64,000 nucleotides of DNA from contig CAXXFL010000005.1 in NCBI GenBank assembly GCA_963674965.2, forward strand, positions 576,001 to 640,000, read 5' to 3'. Both the position numbers and the translations under genes were made by a program. Each line of letters opens with the position of its first letter. Position 1 is the stretch's first letter. This document shows positions 23,801 to 30,270 of the stretch, piece by piece. The notes beneath the pieces are model-generated. The model saw only the letters and a program-made list of their open reading frames with translations. It was not told the origin of the DNA and searched no databases. Source of the DNA: a bacterium (lineage in GTDB: Bacteria > RBG-13-61-14 > DATKZS01).

Positions 23801-25404
23801 AGGTCGGGGCCTCGGAGACCGACCCTTGCGACGACGACTCGGACGGCGACCTCCTCGGCGACGGCGACGAGGCGCTGACTTACGGCACGGACCCGCTCGA
23901 GGTTGACACGGACTCGGACGGCCTCGGCGACCGCCTCGAGGCGGTGGTCGTAAGCTGCCTCGATCCGACTGACGACGACACGGACGACGACGGCCTTCTG
24001 GACGGAACGTCGAGCGGCGAGGACAAGGACGGCGACGGGGTTGTTGACGCGACGGAGACGAGCCCTTGCCTTTTCGATACGGATACGGATACGCTGGGCG
24101 ACGGCGCCGAGGTGACGGTATACGGCACGGACCCGCTCGAGGTTGACACGGACTCGGACGGCCTGAGCGACGGGCTCGAGGTACCCTGGTGCACGTCGCC
24201 CACGGACGAGGACAGCGACGGTGACGGGCTTCTGGACGGCACGCCGAGCGGGGAGGACAAGGACGGCGACGGCGTGGTGGACGCGACCGAGACCAACCCC
24301 TGCGCCTTTGACAGCGACTCGGACGGCATCGGCGACGGGCTCGAGCTTGGGACTTACGGCACCAACCCGCTTAGGCAGGATACTGATTCGGATGGGATCG
24401 GCGACTACGTCGAGGCGGTCTCGAGCGCGTGCCTCGAGGCGACGGAGGCGGACACCGACGGCGACGGCCTTCTTGACGGGACCATATTCGGCGAGGACAA
24501 GGACGGCGACGGCGTGGTGGACCCGGGCGAGACCAACCCCTGCCTCGAGGACAGCGACGAGGACGGGCTCGGTGACGACGAGGAGCCGGGGCTGGGCCTG
24601 GACCCCCTCGAGTGGGACACGGACGGCGACGCTCTTCCCGACGGCTACGAGGTGGCGAACTCGAGCGGCCATGCCTTGAACCTCGATCCGCTCGACCCGG
24701 GCGACGGCTGCGCGTCTGACTTTGACGGCGACGGCAACGCCAACTGCCACGAGTATTACAACGGCACGGACATTTGGTCGGAGAACGTGACGGGCGGCTC
24801 GGCCTGCTTCAGCTGGGCGGACTCGGGGAGCACGGTCAGCGCCGACGGTTTGGTTTCGCCTCTGGACCTCGGCGCCTTGAACGCCCGCGCGTCGCTGAAG
24901 GACGCGTCCTACACGGGCGTGCTCCCACCCAACGGCGACTCGCAGGAGCTCGATATGGACGAGATCATCTCGGCGCTCGACCTGGCGGTCCTGCGTCAGA
25001 TGGTGGCCAACCTCTCCACCTCCGGCAACCCCAGCCGTCCGGTCGCCCTCGAGGTTTACGGCGACACGGCGGTCACGGCCGAGGTGGGAAGCACGGTGCG
25101 GATCGAGCTGGGCGCCCTCAACCAGGGCGGCAAGCACACCTCGAGCCTGGGGATCATCTTCACCATCGACCCCTCCTCGACCGCCTCGGCCACCCTCCTC
25201 GGCGGCGACGGCTCGGCCTCCGGCGGCCGCTACGACGTGACCGGCCCCATCGCCACCGGCGGCCGCTCCGCCATCGTCCTCCTCCCCACCGCCCCCGGCG
25301 CCCTCCTCCTCAACGCCCACCTCCCCCCATGCGGCGTTGACGGAAAAGGCCGCTACTGCGAAGAGCTGATCAAACAGCCCCTGGTAACGGTGACGGTGGA
25401 GTAG
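14854..25404 (+). CDS. Giant (~3,516 aa) secreted modular protein: Ca-binding/TSP3-like repeats, beta-propellers, Ig-like domains, C13/caspase-like peptidase, PPC-like and carboxypeptidase-regulatory-like domains, dockerin-like C-terminus
   Basis: Uninterrupted ORF. GGGAG RBS before MKSFKLFVASILFSSLLLPAIALG signal peptide. Dozens of D[ST]DxDG motifs. YMVDHGG and IYDACRSGSF dyad. Confidence 0.88.
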   Translation: MKSFKLFVASILFSSLLLPAIALGQDSDGDGMPDVHENQYWCLMANTVDSGVDYDSDGMTSLEEYQYDYFLDPCDEDTDDDIVGDGIEVSLGSDPLSGRVAPGAVEVGDDQPITTSTSHQTTPDVVHNSSEYALAWQDYRTYNYEIFFQRVAPNGDFIGSELRITNAANASYNPDLIWTGSEYGLAFDDQRDGNREIYFVRLAVDGSTVGLDSRITFNSGSSYIPTLAWTGSEFGLAWYDNDPGMNQIFFRRIAADGTTVGGQIQVTDAAYGAQRPDIVASPAGFGIAWSQWSSFLSFNIGFQLIGLDGSTASAPRLITYTSGQVNYPDLSWNGSEFGLVWNDDASGPQEVYFTRLDSDGDTLMPNLRLTNNSSNSYYPAVEWNGSKFGVAWHDYRDGNSEIYYATVSEEGERMSADVRLTHDPDVSQVPAICWGGPRFGIAWQENRAGNYDIYFTRILLDDDGDLIANTRENNFNCDSDDWDTDDDLMPDGFEAYAGQACGLLPTIPDASADNDGDSVTNLAEYEYETDPCDTDTDDEGLNDYLEIYVAGTDPNNIDTDGDDVDDAWEHFNTCLDPLVSDEDQDPDLDTIINLTEYILQSNPCDDDSDGDGMPDGWEYDRGLDPTNPADGIEDPDQDGMNNWLEYYFGTEPDLEDADGDGISDYDETFVYLTCPFQADSDGDGLPDGWEIDYDTDPLLDDANSDGDDDGFTNLEEYFFGTNPNIPGNDDDRDMLSNDVETNSRVWNGIQDPGSSPTSPDTDKGGELDGIEALLGRDPNDPANDVTWSDTINVSSSASANSMRPKILGDVNTAFVLYKQNSGSYARLAIQSTSTGTSWSDTTFINTASQSVSDYDIENTSDDTIWVFFAEGNTVKYRTKPKKGVWSSISNLTATNEVQELTSVMSSTDLPAVAWVDNDLGTRTIYYKKKKLIMWSSTETLYSSTGFINDLRMVLGEDGEVYIVWEESTGIYFMYYDGSSWSSEELIALSDYGDVDLFYHQDSRRLYMAYSRYTLPEGQDNVLLMYYENGIWSQPEKITPAVYSSQNPYFFEDAMGILHVSFVGETYGGLSGYLYTFMEDGKWLAPQIINPVYDWPNINPSVYACNNGKLVHVMDARLGSYYEIYASVLDYPDEDADSLDDRQEVLAGTDFMDPDTDDDGLSDYNEVITRETDPLDPDTDGDRIDDYAEVSTYSSDPNDADSDGGLELDGVEAEFGRDPSTAADDLGWSNTISEYFGYAPKIVVDSDDHFHAASFGTYPYRLMYNYYNGSAWDGATTVYESSYGTYGHQIAVAPDGEIYIVFQEDNVPSIGWSFDIKVMHKNISEGSWPAPVAITDGDTISEMSPTVAIDGNARPHLAYVSHEGSIDRIYHVQYDGDSWLTPQPIVEQGSVWTVQMNSDPDGNIHMIYTDPDVYYMVWDGATWSEPELVVGSQYDKYANMTVDLRGTPHVLVREWRSPYDAPIMSLSRLNGKWTNAQTITPDDNKEIMAHAIASAGHGVLHAAWKNEDGFHYSVYTNGKWSKPFLLRVDNPSFINWGMNIVSTSTGNLMFADNNWYQTWTALDSDLDGINNFTEFLQNTDWIDPDSDDDGLDDTEEAFLNCDPNSDDSDGDGVSDYDEITEGTDPNVMDTDMDMVPDGWEILYGTNPLVDDSDDDPDGDGFTNLQEFIYHLDPMTPEPAPQSSCQAPDYENGDSILVEFECSSHLAAVNLYVSFNGLPYLNMGGFGYSKSCADDDLSFYFDPFWDDGTYRFYTRATLTSVLTEDAPATPPDATTIFDTQGPAMLYVTDDGDYTEEDQAINAEAAASDVGPAGVAGYFYAVGDAAYPDPDFQSLSSWKWDADGDISRAFGSTVMAEGTAYYVTVKAIDNAGNESAPLSSNGIVVDISIPAVPAVTDDGTYTGYTDRFHATWTCGGDSVSGVVQYDYAIGSSAGATDVVGWTDNATLTEVTRFGLELEDGSSYFIGVRAVNGAGLTSVGWSDGILVDSRGPEIAWSSPAHREIVNDDMPPVDLPVSINFIDPGGAGIDWSSLEMVLDFSTVQSFSQDGDTVSFDALALDLGNHVVNVQVADLAGNGLNRNVIFVVEDPRRVIINPVYVEWAPGDGDVTFVADGGTGAYRWAATGGALDSFTGTEVVFTPGPEAGAYVVAVSDAKLVSAQATIIISGEVEVAPAVVRLSAGSAATFTASGGSGDFSWTVNGGSCVLSGDRDETCSYTAFESSGQYSVKAQAGSGESFTSRVIVTDPVGRAIVVVGGGLVDSNRQVEALNSLGHLAYETLLARGFEPDQIMYLNPDATQAYDGDGDGYADDVDGAPTPAALQAAILDWATADLGVDNPGVGPGVPLIIYMVDHGGDDSFLINFTAAGAGQEVTPTQLDSWIDAVQGGDTSNPNGVDVVVIYDACRSGSFLDEVGGGGSDRIVITSSASSESAYFGVSGTISFSQFFWQRVRTGATLKSAFNDAAAALATWATQTPWLDDNGSGTYAATGDGKDGDAADLFVVGADFVTGAVLPELTPRGDALLEGDSLDIYSGILYASSSEISAMFAILTPPGFSPPQSEGNFDTPWLEDEEGNPLPRVYLEYSSATGDWRRRLDSAELAELFTVNGRYTATLYAIDLAGRVTAAAEFSITVFGPDPYEDDDWWSSGSSVEVNSSSAQAHNFHDSGDRDWVKFSVAFGDTGYYSVYTENLADRCDTVIELYGYSVAGSTVVPIAFDDDSGQDGGGSSRIFMYLSEGLYYAEVYQYGDTIGGQDTEYDLRVDHDEGDYGSIEGYVTDSVTGFGVQGANVIVILGGPPRVATTGAGGYYKLSSLLAGSGYPMQVQAANFTTWSGTVNVGVNQTTRKDVVLAAKTGTSGVLMGHVYGHGGAPLVGVGLEVSGKSVVSEAGGLYSIRLAPGAAYVYSSWPGYEPYLEEGLMVVAGDTTVHEVSLEPVDTDGDGLPDWIETSGCTDESEADSDGDGLCDGDTAVYDGATLVCSAGEDLDLDGEVGASETDPCDDDSDGDLLGDGDEALTYGTDPLEVDTDSDGLGDRLEAVVVSCLDPTDDDTDDDGLLDGTSSGEDKDGDGVVDATETSPCLFDTDTDTLGDGAEVTVYGTDPLEVDTDSDGLSDGLEVPWCTSPTDEDSDGDGLLDGTPSGEDKDGDGVVDATETNPCAFDSDSDGIGDGLELGTYGTNPLRQDTDSDGIGDYVEAVSSACLEATEADTDGDGLLDGTIFGEDKDGDGVVDPGETNPCLEDSDEDGLGDDEEPGLGLDPLEWDTDGDALPDGYEVANSSGHALNLDPLDPGDGCASDFDGDGNANCHEYYNGTDIWSENVTGGSACFSWADSGSTVSADGLVSPLDLGALNARASLKDASYTGVLPPNGDSQELDMDEIISALDLAVLRQMVANLSTSGNPSRPVALEVYGDTAVTAEVGSTVRIELGALNQGGKHTSSLGIIFTIDPSSTASATLLGGDGSASGGRYDVTGPIATGGRSAIVLLPTAPGALLLNAHLPPCGVDGKGRYCEELIKQPLVTVTVE
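15232..16225 (+). repeat. Seven ~153 bp (51 aa) repeats forming a predicted 7-bladed beta-propeller within the giant gene
   Basis: W[TN]GS[EK][FY]G[LV]AW-type motif at 15232, 15385, 15538, 15691, 15847, 16000 and 16153. Confidence 0.8.
23780..24560 (+). repeat. Tandem 234-240 bp (78-80 aa) Ca-binding repeat units in the giant gene
   Basis: An identical 44-mer tacggcacggacccgctcgaggttgacacggactcggacggcct at 23881 and 24121. GEDKDGDGVVD occurs three times. Confidence 0.85.
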
Positions 25405-25426
25405 AGGAGTTGATTCCCGGATAAGG

Positions 25427-25455
25427 TTGCTCGGGGCGGCGAAATTTGCCATAAT
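25427..25455 (+). promoter_or_regulatory. Putative sigma70 promoter of sucD
   Basis: TTGCTC-17 bp-CATAAT. Confidence 0.5.
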
Positions 25456-25517
25456 GCAACGAAAGAGAGGGGTAAGTTTACCCTTTACGGATAACGAGCG
25501 TTATTAAGGGGCGATCA

Positions 25518-26387
25518 ATGAGCATTTTAGTAGACAAAAAAACCAAGGTAGTAGTGCAGGGAATCACGGGCAAAGAGGGAAAATTCCACGCGGAGCAGTG
25601 CATGGGATACGGCACGCACGTGGTGGCGGGGGTCACTCCGGGCAAGGGTGGCCAGGAGGTTCTGGGCGTTCCCATCTACAACTCCGTTGCGGAATCGGTT
25701 GAAAAAGCGGGCGCTAACTGCTCGATGATTTTCGTTCCGCCCCGATTCGCGGCCGACGCGATTATCGAGAGCGCGGCGGCGGGCGTTGACCTCATCGTCT
25801 GCATCACCGAGGGCATACCGGCGCGGGACATGATCCCGGCTTTCCATTTCGTGAAGAAGGAAGGGGTGACCTTAATCGGTCCGAACTGTCCCGGCGTGAT
25901 TTCTCCTGAGAAGGCCAAGGTCGGCATCATGCCCGGCCACATCCACAAGAAGGGCGAGATCGGGGTGGTGAGTCGCTCCGGCACTTTGACGTACGAGGTG
26001 GTTGCTCAGTTGTCGGACCAGGGTTTTGGTCAGAGCACGTGCGTTGGCATCGGTGGTGATCCCATAATAGGTACGACCTTTATCGACGTGCTTAAGCTTT
26101 TCAACAAGGACAAGCAGACCAAGGGCGTGGTCATGGTTGGCGAGATAGGCGGCTCGGCTGAGGAGGCGGCGGCGGAATACATCAAGGCGGAGTTTAAGAA
26201 ACCGGTGGCGTCCTTCATCGCGGGGGCGACGGCCCCTCCCGGCAGGCGCATGGGTCACGCGGGCGCCATCATCATGGGCGGCAAGGGAACGGCCACGGAC
26301 AAGATAGCGGCCCTCAAGTCGGCGGGCGTCAACGTGGCCTCGAGTCCGGCCATGATCGGCGCGGCCATGGCGGAGATGATGGCCTGA
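25518..26387 (+). CDS. sucD: Succinate--CoA ligase alpha subunit
   Basis: [32 protein letters not shown] and RRMGHAGA phospho-His motifs. Confidence 0.96.
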   Translation: MSILVDKKTKVVVQGITGKEGKFHAEQCMGYGTHVVAGVTPGKGGQEVLGVPIYNSVAESVEKAGANCSMIFVPPRFAADAIIESAAAGVDLIVCITEGIPARDMIPAFHFVKKEGVTLIGPNCPGVISPEKAKVGIMPGHIHKKGEIGVVSRSGTLTYEVVAQLSDQGFGQSTCVGIGGDPIIGTTFIDVLKLFNKDKQTKGVVMVGEIGGSAEEAAAEYIKAEFKKPVASFIAGATAPPGRRMGHAGAIIMGGKGTATDKIAALKSAGVNVASSPAMIGAAMAEMMA

Positions 26388-26416
26388 GCGCCGTTATAAA
26401 ATTATCCATTCAGCCG

Positions 26417-26444
26417 GCGCCCGTGAGGGCGCTTGCTTTTTTTT
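26417..26444 (+). terminator. Rho-independent terminator after sucD
   Basis: GCGCCC-GTGA-GGGCGC stem followed by a T-run. Confidence 0.65.
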
Positions 26445-26479
26445 GGGCGCGCGGCTAAAAATGAGTCAAGGAGGCGAAG

Positions 26480-26899
26480 ATGAAGTTATCCGGGATGGAA
26501 CGAAAATGGGCGGAGAAAATGCTCGACGCCGTGATACCTCGAGGTGGAGAGGGACTTGCCGAGTCCTCCGCCTCGGACGGCGGCGCGGCCGAGATACTGG
26601 AAGAGATGGTTGCTTACCTTCCGGCCACGACGGGCCTGGGCCTGAGAGGCGCCATATGGTTCATCGAGTTCGTGGGCCCGCTATTCGGCGCCCGGAGGCT
26701 CACGCGGTTCTCATCCCTTGCCAATGAGGACGGGCAGAAGTGCCTGGCCGGCCTTTCCAAAAGCGACGTCTATTTTTTCCGCAACATGGTGCTTCTGGTG
26801 AAAAGCGTGGCCTGCATGGGCTGGGGCGCGGACGACCACGTTCGCGAGTCGCTGGGCATGCACGAGCCTCCAAAGTTCGTGACCAGGGAGGAGGGTTGA
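26480..26899 (+). CDS. Small hypothetical partner of the GMC oxidoreductase (gluconate 2-dehydrogenase subunit 3-like)
   Basis: GGAGG RBS, immediately upstream of the GMC gene, RFSSL..EDGQKCL..L helical pattern. Confidence 0.6.
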   Translation: MKLSGMERKWAEKMLDAVIPRGGEGLAESSASDGGAAEILEEMVAYLPATTGLGLRGAIWFIEFVGPLFGARRLTRFSSLANEDGQKCLAGLSKSDVYFFRNMVLLVKSVACMGWGADDHVRESLGMHEPPKFVTREEG

Positions 26900-26902
26900 G
26901 CC

Positions 26903-28435
26903 ATGGGCGCCGATAAAAGAGACAACGTCATCAGCGAGGCCCCGGGGAAGGGTAAGATTCGGGACGGGGCGGACTACGTGGTGATAGGCACGGGCCCGTC
27001 CGGGGCGACGGCCGCCCGGGTCCTTTCGGGGGCGGGTCACGACGTGGTGATGATTGAGGAGGGCCGCTGGATAGACTCGGAGGAGTTCGACGGCCGGGCC
27101 TATAACGCGCAGAAGACCGCCTACCGGGAGATGGGCACCATCGCCGCCATGGGCAAGAGCGTGATCCCTCTCATCCAGGGCCGCTGCGTGGGCGGCGGCT
27201 CGGTGATCAACGCGGCGATCATCTGGCGCCTCCCGGAGGACGTGTTCGGCCGCTGGGTGGAGGAGTTCGGTCTTGGAGAGGCCCTGACCTGGAAGGAGCT
27301 TGAGGAATGCTTCGACGTAATCGAGCAAGAGATCAACGTCAAGCCGGTCTCGCCCGAGTCTTGGGGCCGCCACAACGCTCTTTTCAAGGAGGGGGCGGAC
27401 AAGCTGGGGTACGAGTCCCGCGTGATTCCGCGCAATGAGAAGGGCTGTATGGGCATGGCCCAGTGCCTAACCGGTTGTCCGATCAAGGCCAAGCAGTCGA
27501 TGGACCTTACCTACGTCCCCCGCTCGCTGGAGCGGGGCGCGCGCCTTTATCATTCCTGCGAGGCCACGCATATAGACGTGGAGGCGGGCCGGGCCCGGGC
27601 GGTTCACGGTCGCTTCAGGGACCCTCTAACTGGAGAGAAGCGGGGTGGGCTCGTGGTCCACGCCAAGAAGGGGGTGGTGGTTTGCTGTTCGCCCATTCAG
27701 ACTCCGCTTTTGCTTGGCGGGTCGGGAATCGGCCTTGGCTCGGGCCATTTGGGCAAGCATCTTGCGGGCCATCCCGGCGCGGGTATCATGGGGGTGTTCC
27801 ATGACGAGGTCCGCATCTGGGAGGGAGCGACCCAGGGTTGGGACTCGGAGCATTTCCGCAAGAGCGACAAGGTCAAGTTCGAGTCGCTGGCTCTCAACCC
27901 GGACCTTCTGGCGGCCCGGATACCTGGCGTTGGCGCCGAGTACAAGATGATGGTGACGCGTGACTACGCTCGCATAGCCAACGTTGGCTGCGCCCTGGTG
28001 GCGGAGGCTGAGGGCGCGGTAAGAAGCGTCGCGGGCTCGGCCGTGGTCACTTACTCTCCCACGAAGGAGGACATAAGGAGGCTTCGGAAGGGTCTTCGCA
28101 TTATCGCGGGCGTCATGGTGGAGGCGGGGGCTGAGGAGATCATCCCCGGCGTTCACGGCCTTCCGGCTCGCCTGAAAAGAGACGAGATCGACCTTATCGA
28201 GGGCGCCTCGGCCAACGTCCAGGATTACACCATGGTGATGACCCACCTGTTCGGAACGGCCCGCATGGGCATAGACCCGACGCAAAGCGTGGTGGGACCT
28301 GACTTCCAGGTCCACGACACGAGCGGGGTCTACGTCCTCGACTCGTCCATTTTTCCCACCAACCTTGGCGTCAACCCCCAGCACGCCATCATGGCCATGG
28401 CCATGGCGGGAGCGAGGCGGATAGCGGCGGGGTGA
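26903..28435 (+). CDS. GMC family oxidoreductase
   Basis: VIGTGPSG FAD motif, GRCVGGGSVIN, CMGMAQCLTGCP, HLFGTARMG and DSSIFPTNLGVNP. Confidence 0.92.
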   Translation: MGADKRDNVISEAPGKGKIRDGADYVVIGTGPSGATAARVLSGAGHDVVMIEEGRWIDSEEFDGRAYNAQKTAYREMGTIAAMGKSVIPLIQGRCVGGGSVINAAIIWRLPEDVFGRWVEEFGLGEALTWKELEECFDVIEQEINVKPVSPESWGRHNALFKEGADKLGYESRVIPRNEKGCMGMAQCLTGCPIKAKQSMDLTYVPRSLERGARLYHSCEATHIDVEAGRARAVHGRFRDPLTGEKRGGLVVHAKKGVVVCCSPIQTPLLLGGSGIGLGSGHLGKHLAGHPGAGIMGVFHDEVRIWEGATQGWDSEHFRKSDKVKFESLALNPDLLAARIPGVGAEYKMMVTRDYARIANVGCALVAEAEGAVRSVAGSAVVTYSPTKEDIRRLRKGLRIIAGVMVEAGAEEIIPGVHGLPARLKRDEIDLIEGASANVQDYTMVMTHLFGTARMGIDPTQSVVGPDFQVHDTSGVYVLDSSIFPTNLGVNPQHAIMAMAMAGARRIAAG

Positions 28436-28482
28436 GTTGGACGGGTTAGTGAAGCCCTCGGCCGGTCCGTGTTAAGCTAGGA

Positions 28483-28668
28483 GAGCCTCTTGCAAAATTC
28501 CCGCTTTGGAGTGCGGCGGCTCGACGCCGCTTTTCTTCCGAGCGGCTTGACGCGAGGCAAGCCGGTGTATTAATAGGCCTTGTCAAGCCAAGGCCCTCGA
28601 AAGCGGTCTCAAGCGACCGCACTCCAAAGCGGCTATGCCGCAAAGAAAAGGACTTTTGCAAGAAGCTC
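28483..28668. mobile_element. Putative MITE (186 bp) with terminal inverted repeats and a 4 bp target-site duplication
   Basis: GAGCCTCTTGCAAAATTC and GACTTTTGCAAGAAGCTC (16/18 inverted match), flanked on both sides by AGGA. Internal perfect 16 bp inverted repeat at 28501-28516 and 28617-28632. Confidence 0.7.
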
Positions 28669-28747
28669 AGGAGAATAAGTTTTTAGAGTGCCTAACGATT
28701 GAGATGACGAATAACCGTACGAAAAATTTTCTTTATATACTTATTAT

Positions 28748-28792
28748 CCCAGGGTTGTCGCCCTGGGCATTAGGCCGCCGCCCCTTTGGGGC
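28748..28792. repeat. REP-like double hairpin
   Basis: CCCAGGG-ttgtcg-CCCTGGG followed by GCCCC-ttt-GGGGC. Confidence 0.5.
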
Positions 28793-28894
28793 AGTGAAAC
28801 CCTCTGCCCTATCATCCTGAATCATCCGTGAATCCTATATGAGCTTATAAACTCTTCCGGACTAAGGCCCACGACCAGTGTATTTTGGGCGTTG

Positions 28895-28987
28895 TCAGAC
28901 GCTGAGCGTTTCCTCGGTTACGGTGAAGTCCCGGGCCTCGTCCTCCTCGGCTTCCAACCACTCCCGGATAGCGGTCCTGACGTTGAA
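28895..28987 (-). pseudogene. Possible 3' remnant of a small HicB-family antitoxin gene
   Basis: Start-less frame FNVRTAIREWLEAEEDEARDFTVTEETLSV* resembles the C-terminus of short HicB proteins. Confidence 0.35.
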
Positions 28988-29020
28988 AAGGCGGCGCGAG
29001 ATAGATGCCCGCGCCGCCTT
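28985..29020 (-). terminator. Rho-independent terminator of the fad operon
   Basis: Minus-strand AAGGCGGCGCG...CGCGCCGCCTT stem followed by T residues, just after the thiolase stop. Confidence 0.6.
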
Positions 29021-29051
29021 GAAAAAAAGCCTCGGTATGAAACGAGATAAA

Positions 29052-30242
29052 TCAGTCCTCGATCTCGATAAGTCCGGCCGCTCCCATGCCGCCGCCGATG
29101 CACATGGAGACCACTCCGCGCTTGTTGCCGCGGCGCCGAAGCTGGTTGATGAGGGTGGCGGTCAGCTTGGCGCCGGTGCAACCGAGGGGGTGTCCGAGCG
29201 CGATGGCGCCGCCGCAGCAGTTGACGTCGTCCATCCTCTTGTCCAGGCCCAGCTCGCGGCAGCTATAAAGCGCCTGGGAGGCGAAGGCCTCGTTGATCTC
29301 GAAGTAGTCGATATCGTCCACGGTCAGTCCGGCTTTCTGGAGGAGCTTGGGAATGGCGTAACGCGGTCCCACTCCCATCTCGTCGGGGCGGTTGCCGGCG
29401 ACCTGGAAGTTGACGAACCTGGCGATGGGCTTGAGGCCCAGCTCGTTGGCCTTCTCCCTGCTCATGAGGAGGGTGGCCGCGGCGCCGTCGGTCATCTGGC
29501 TGGAGTTGCCGGCGGTGACGGAGCCGCCTTTCCAGAAGGCGGGCCGCAGCTTGCCCAGGGTCTCCATGGTGGTTCCCCTTCTCACGCCGTCGTCGGCGTC
29601 GAAGGTGAAGAACTCCTTGACCCTCTTGCCCTCGGGCGTCACCTTGTACTTGACCGCGTCCTTGATGGGCACGATCTCGTCGGCGAAATAGCCCTTGTCC
29701 TGGGCCTGGGCCGCCAGCTCGTTCGAGCGCACGGCGAACTCGTCCTGCATCTCGCGGGAGATGCCGTAGCGGTTGGCCACGTTCTCGGCGGTCGATCCCA
29801 TGGACATGTAGACGTCGGGGTATCCGTCTGTCCAGTCCGGGTCGGGACGGTTAATAAAGCCGCCCATTGGAACGCGGGTCATGCTCTCGACGCCGCCTCC
29901 GACGACTATGTCGTTCCAGCCGCACATGACGTTCTGGGCGGCCAGGGCGATGGCCTGGAGTCCGGACGAGCAAAAGCGGTTGACCACCATGCCGGGGACC
30001 TCGTCGGGGAAACCCGAAATCTGGGCCAGCACGCGGCCCACGTTGAGTCCCTGCTCGGCCTCGGGGAAAGAGCATCCGAAGATGACGTCGTCCACCAGCT
30101 TCTTGTCCAGACCGCCAATCTTCTCCCAGAGTCCGTCGATGGCGGCCTTGCCGATACGGTCGGCGCGAGTGTTCACGAGCGTGCCCCTCTTGGCGCGGGC
30201 GCCCGCGGTCCTTACCGATGCAATAATAACTGCTTCACGCAT
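29052..30242 (-). CDS. fadA: Acetyl-CoA C-acyltransferase (thiolase)
   Basis: VNRFCSSG, NEAFA, GHPLGCTG and CIGGGMG catalytic motifs. Confidence 0.93.
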   Translation of the reverse strand: MREAVIIASVRTAGARAKRGTLVNTRADRIGKAAIDGLWEKIGGLDKKLVDDVIFGCSFPEAEQGLNVGRVLAQISGFPDEVPGMVVNRFCSSGLQAIALAAQNVMCGWNDIVVGGGVESMTRVPMGGFINRPDPDWTDGYPDVYMSMGSTAENVANRYGISREMQDEFAVRSNELAAQAQDKGYFADEIVPIKDAVKYKVTPEGKRVKEFFTFDADDGVRRGTTMETLGKLRPAFWKGGSVTAGNSSQMTDGAAATLLMSREKANELGLKPIARFVNFQVAGNRPDEMGVGPRYAIPKLLQKAGLTVDDIDYFEINEAFASQALYSCRELGLDKRMDDVNCCGGAIALGHPLGCTGAKLTATLINQLRRRGNKRGVVSMCIGGGMGAAGLIEIED

Positions 30243-30270
30243 TTTTGTTTCCTCCCAATCAACTCAGGCG

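Noticed and set aside
23780-24560. CRISPR array or DGR template/variable repeat
   Set aside because: The repeats are in-frame coding units, mismatches are not adenine-specific, and there is no cas or reverse transcriptase gene in the window.
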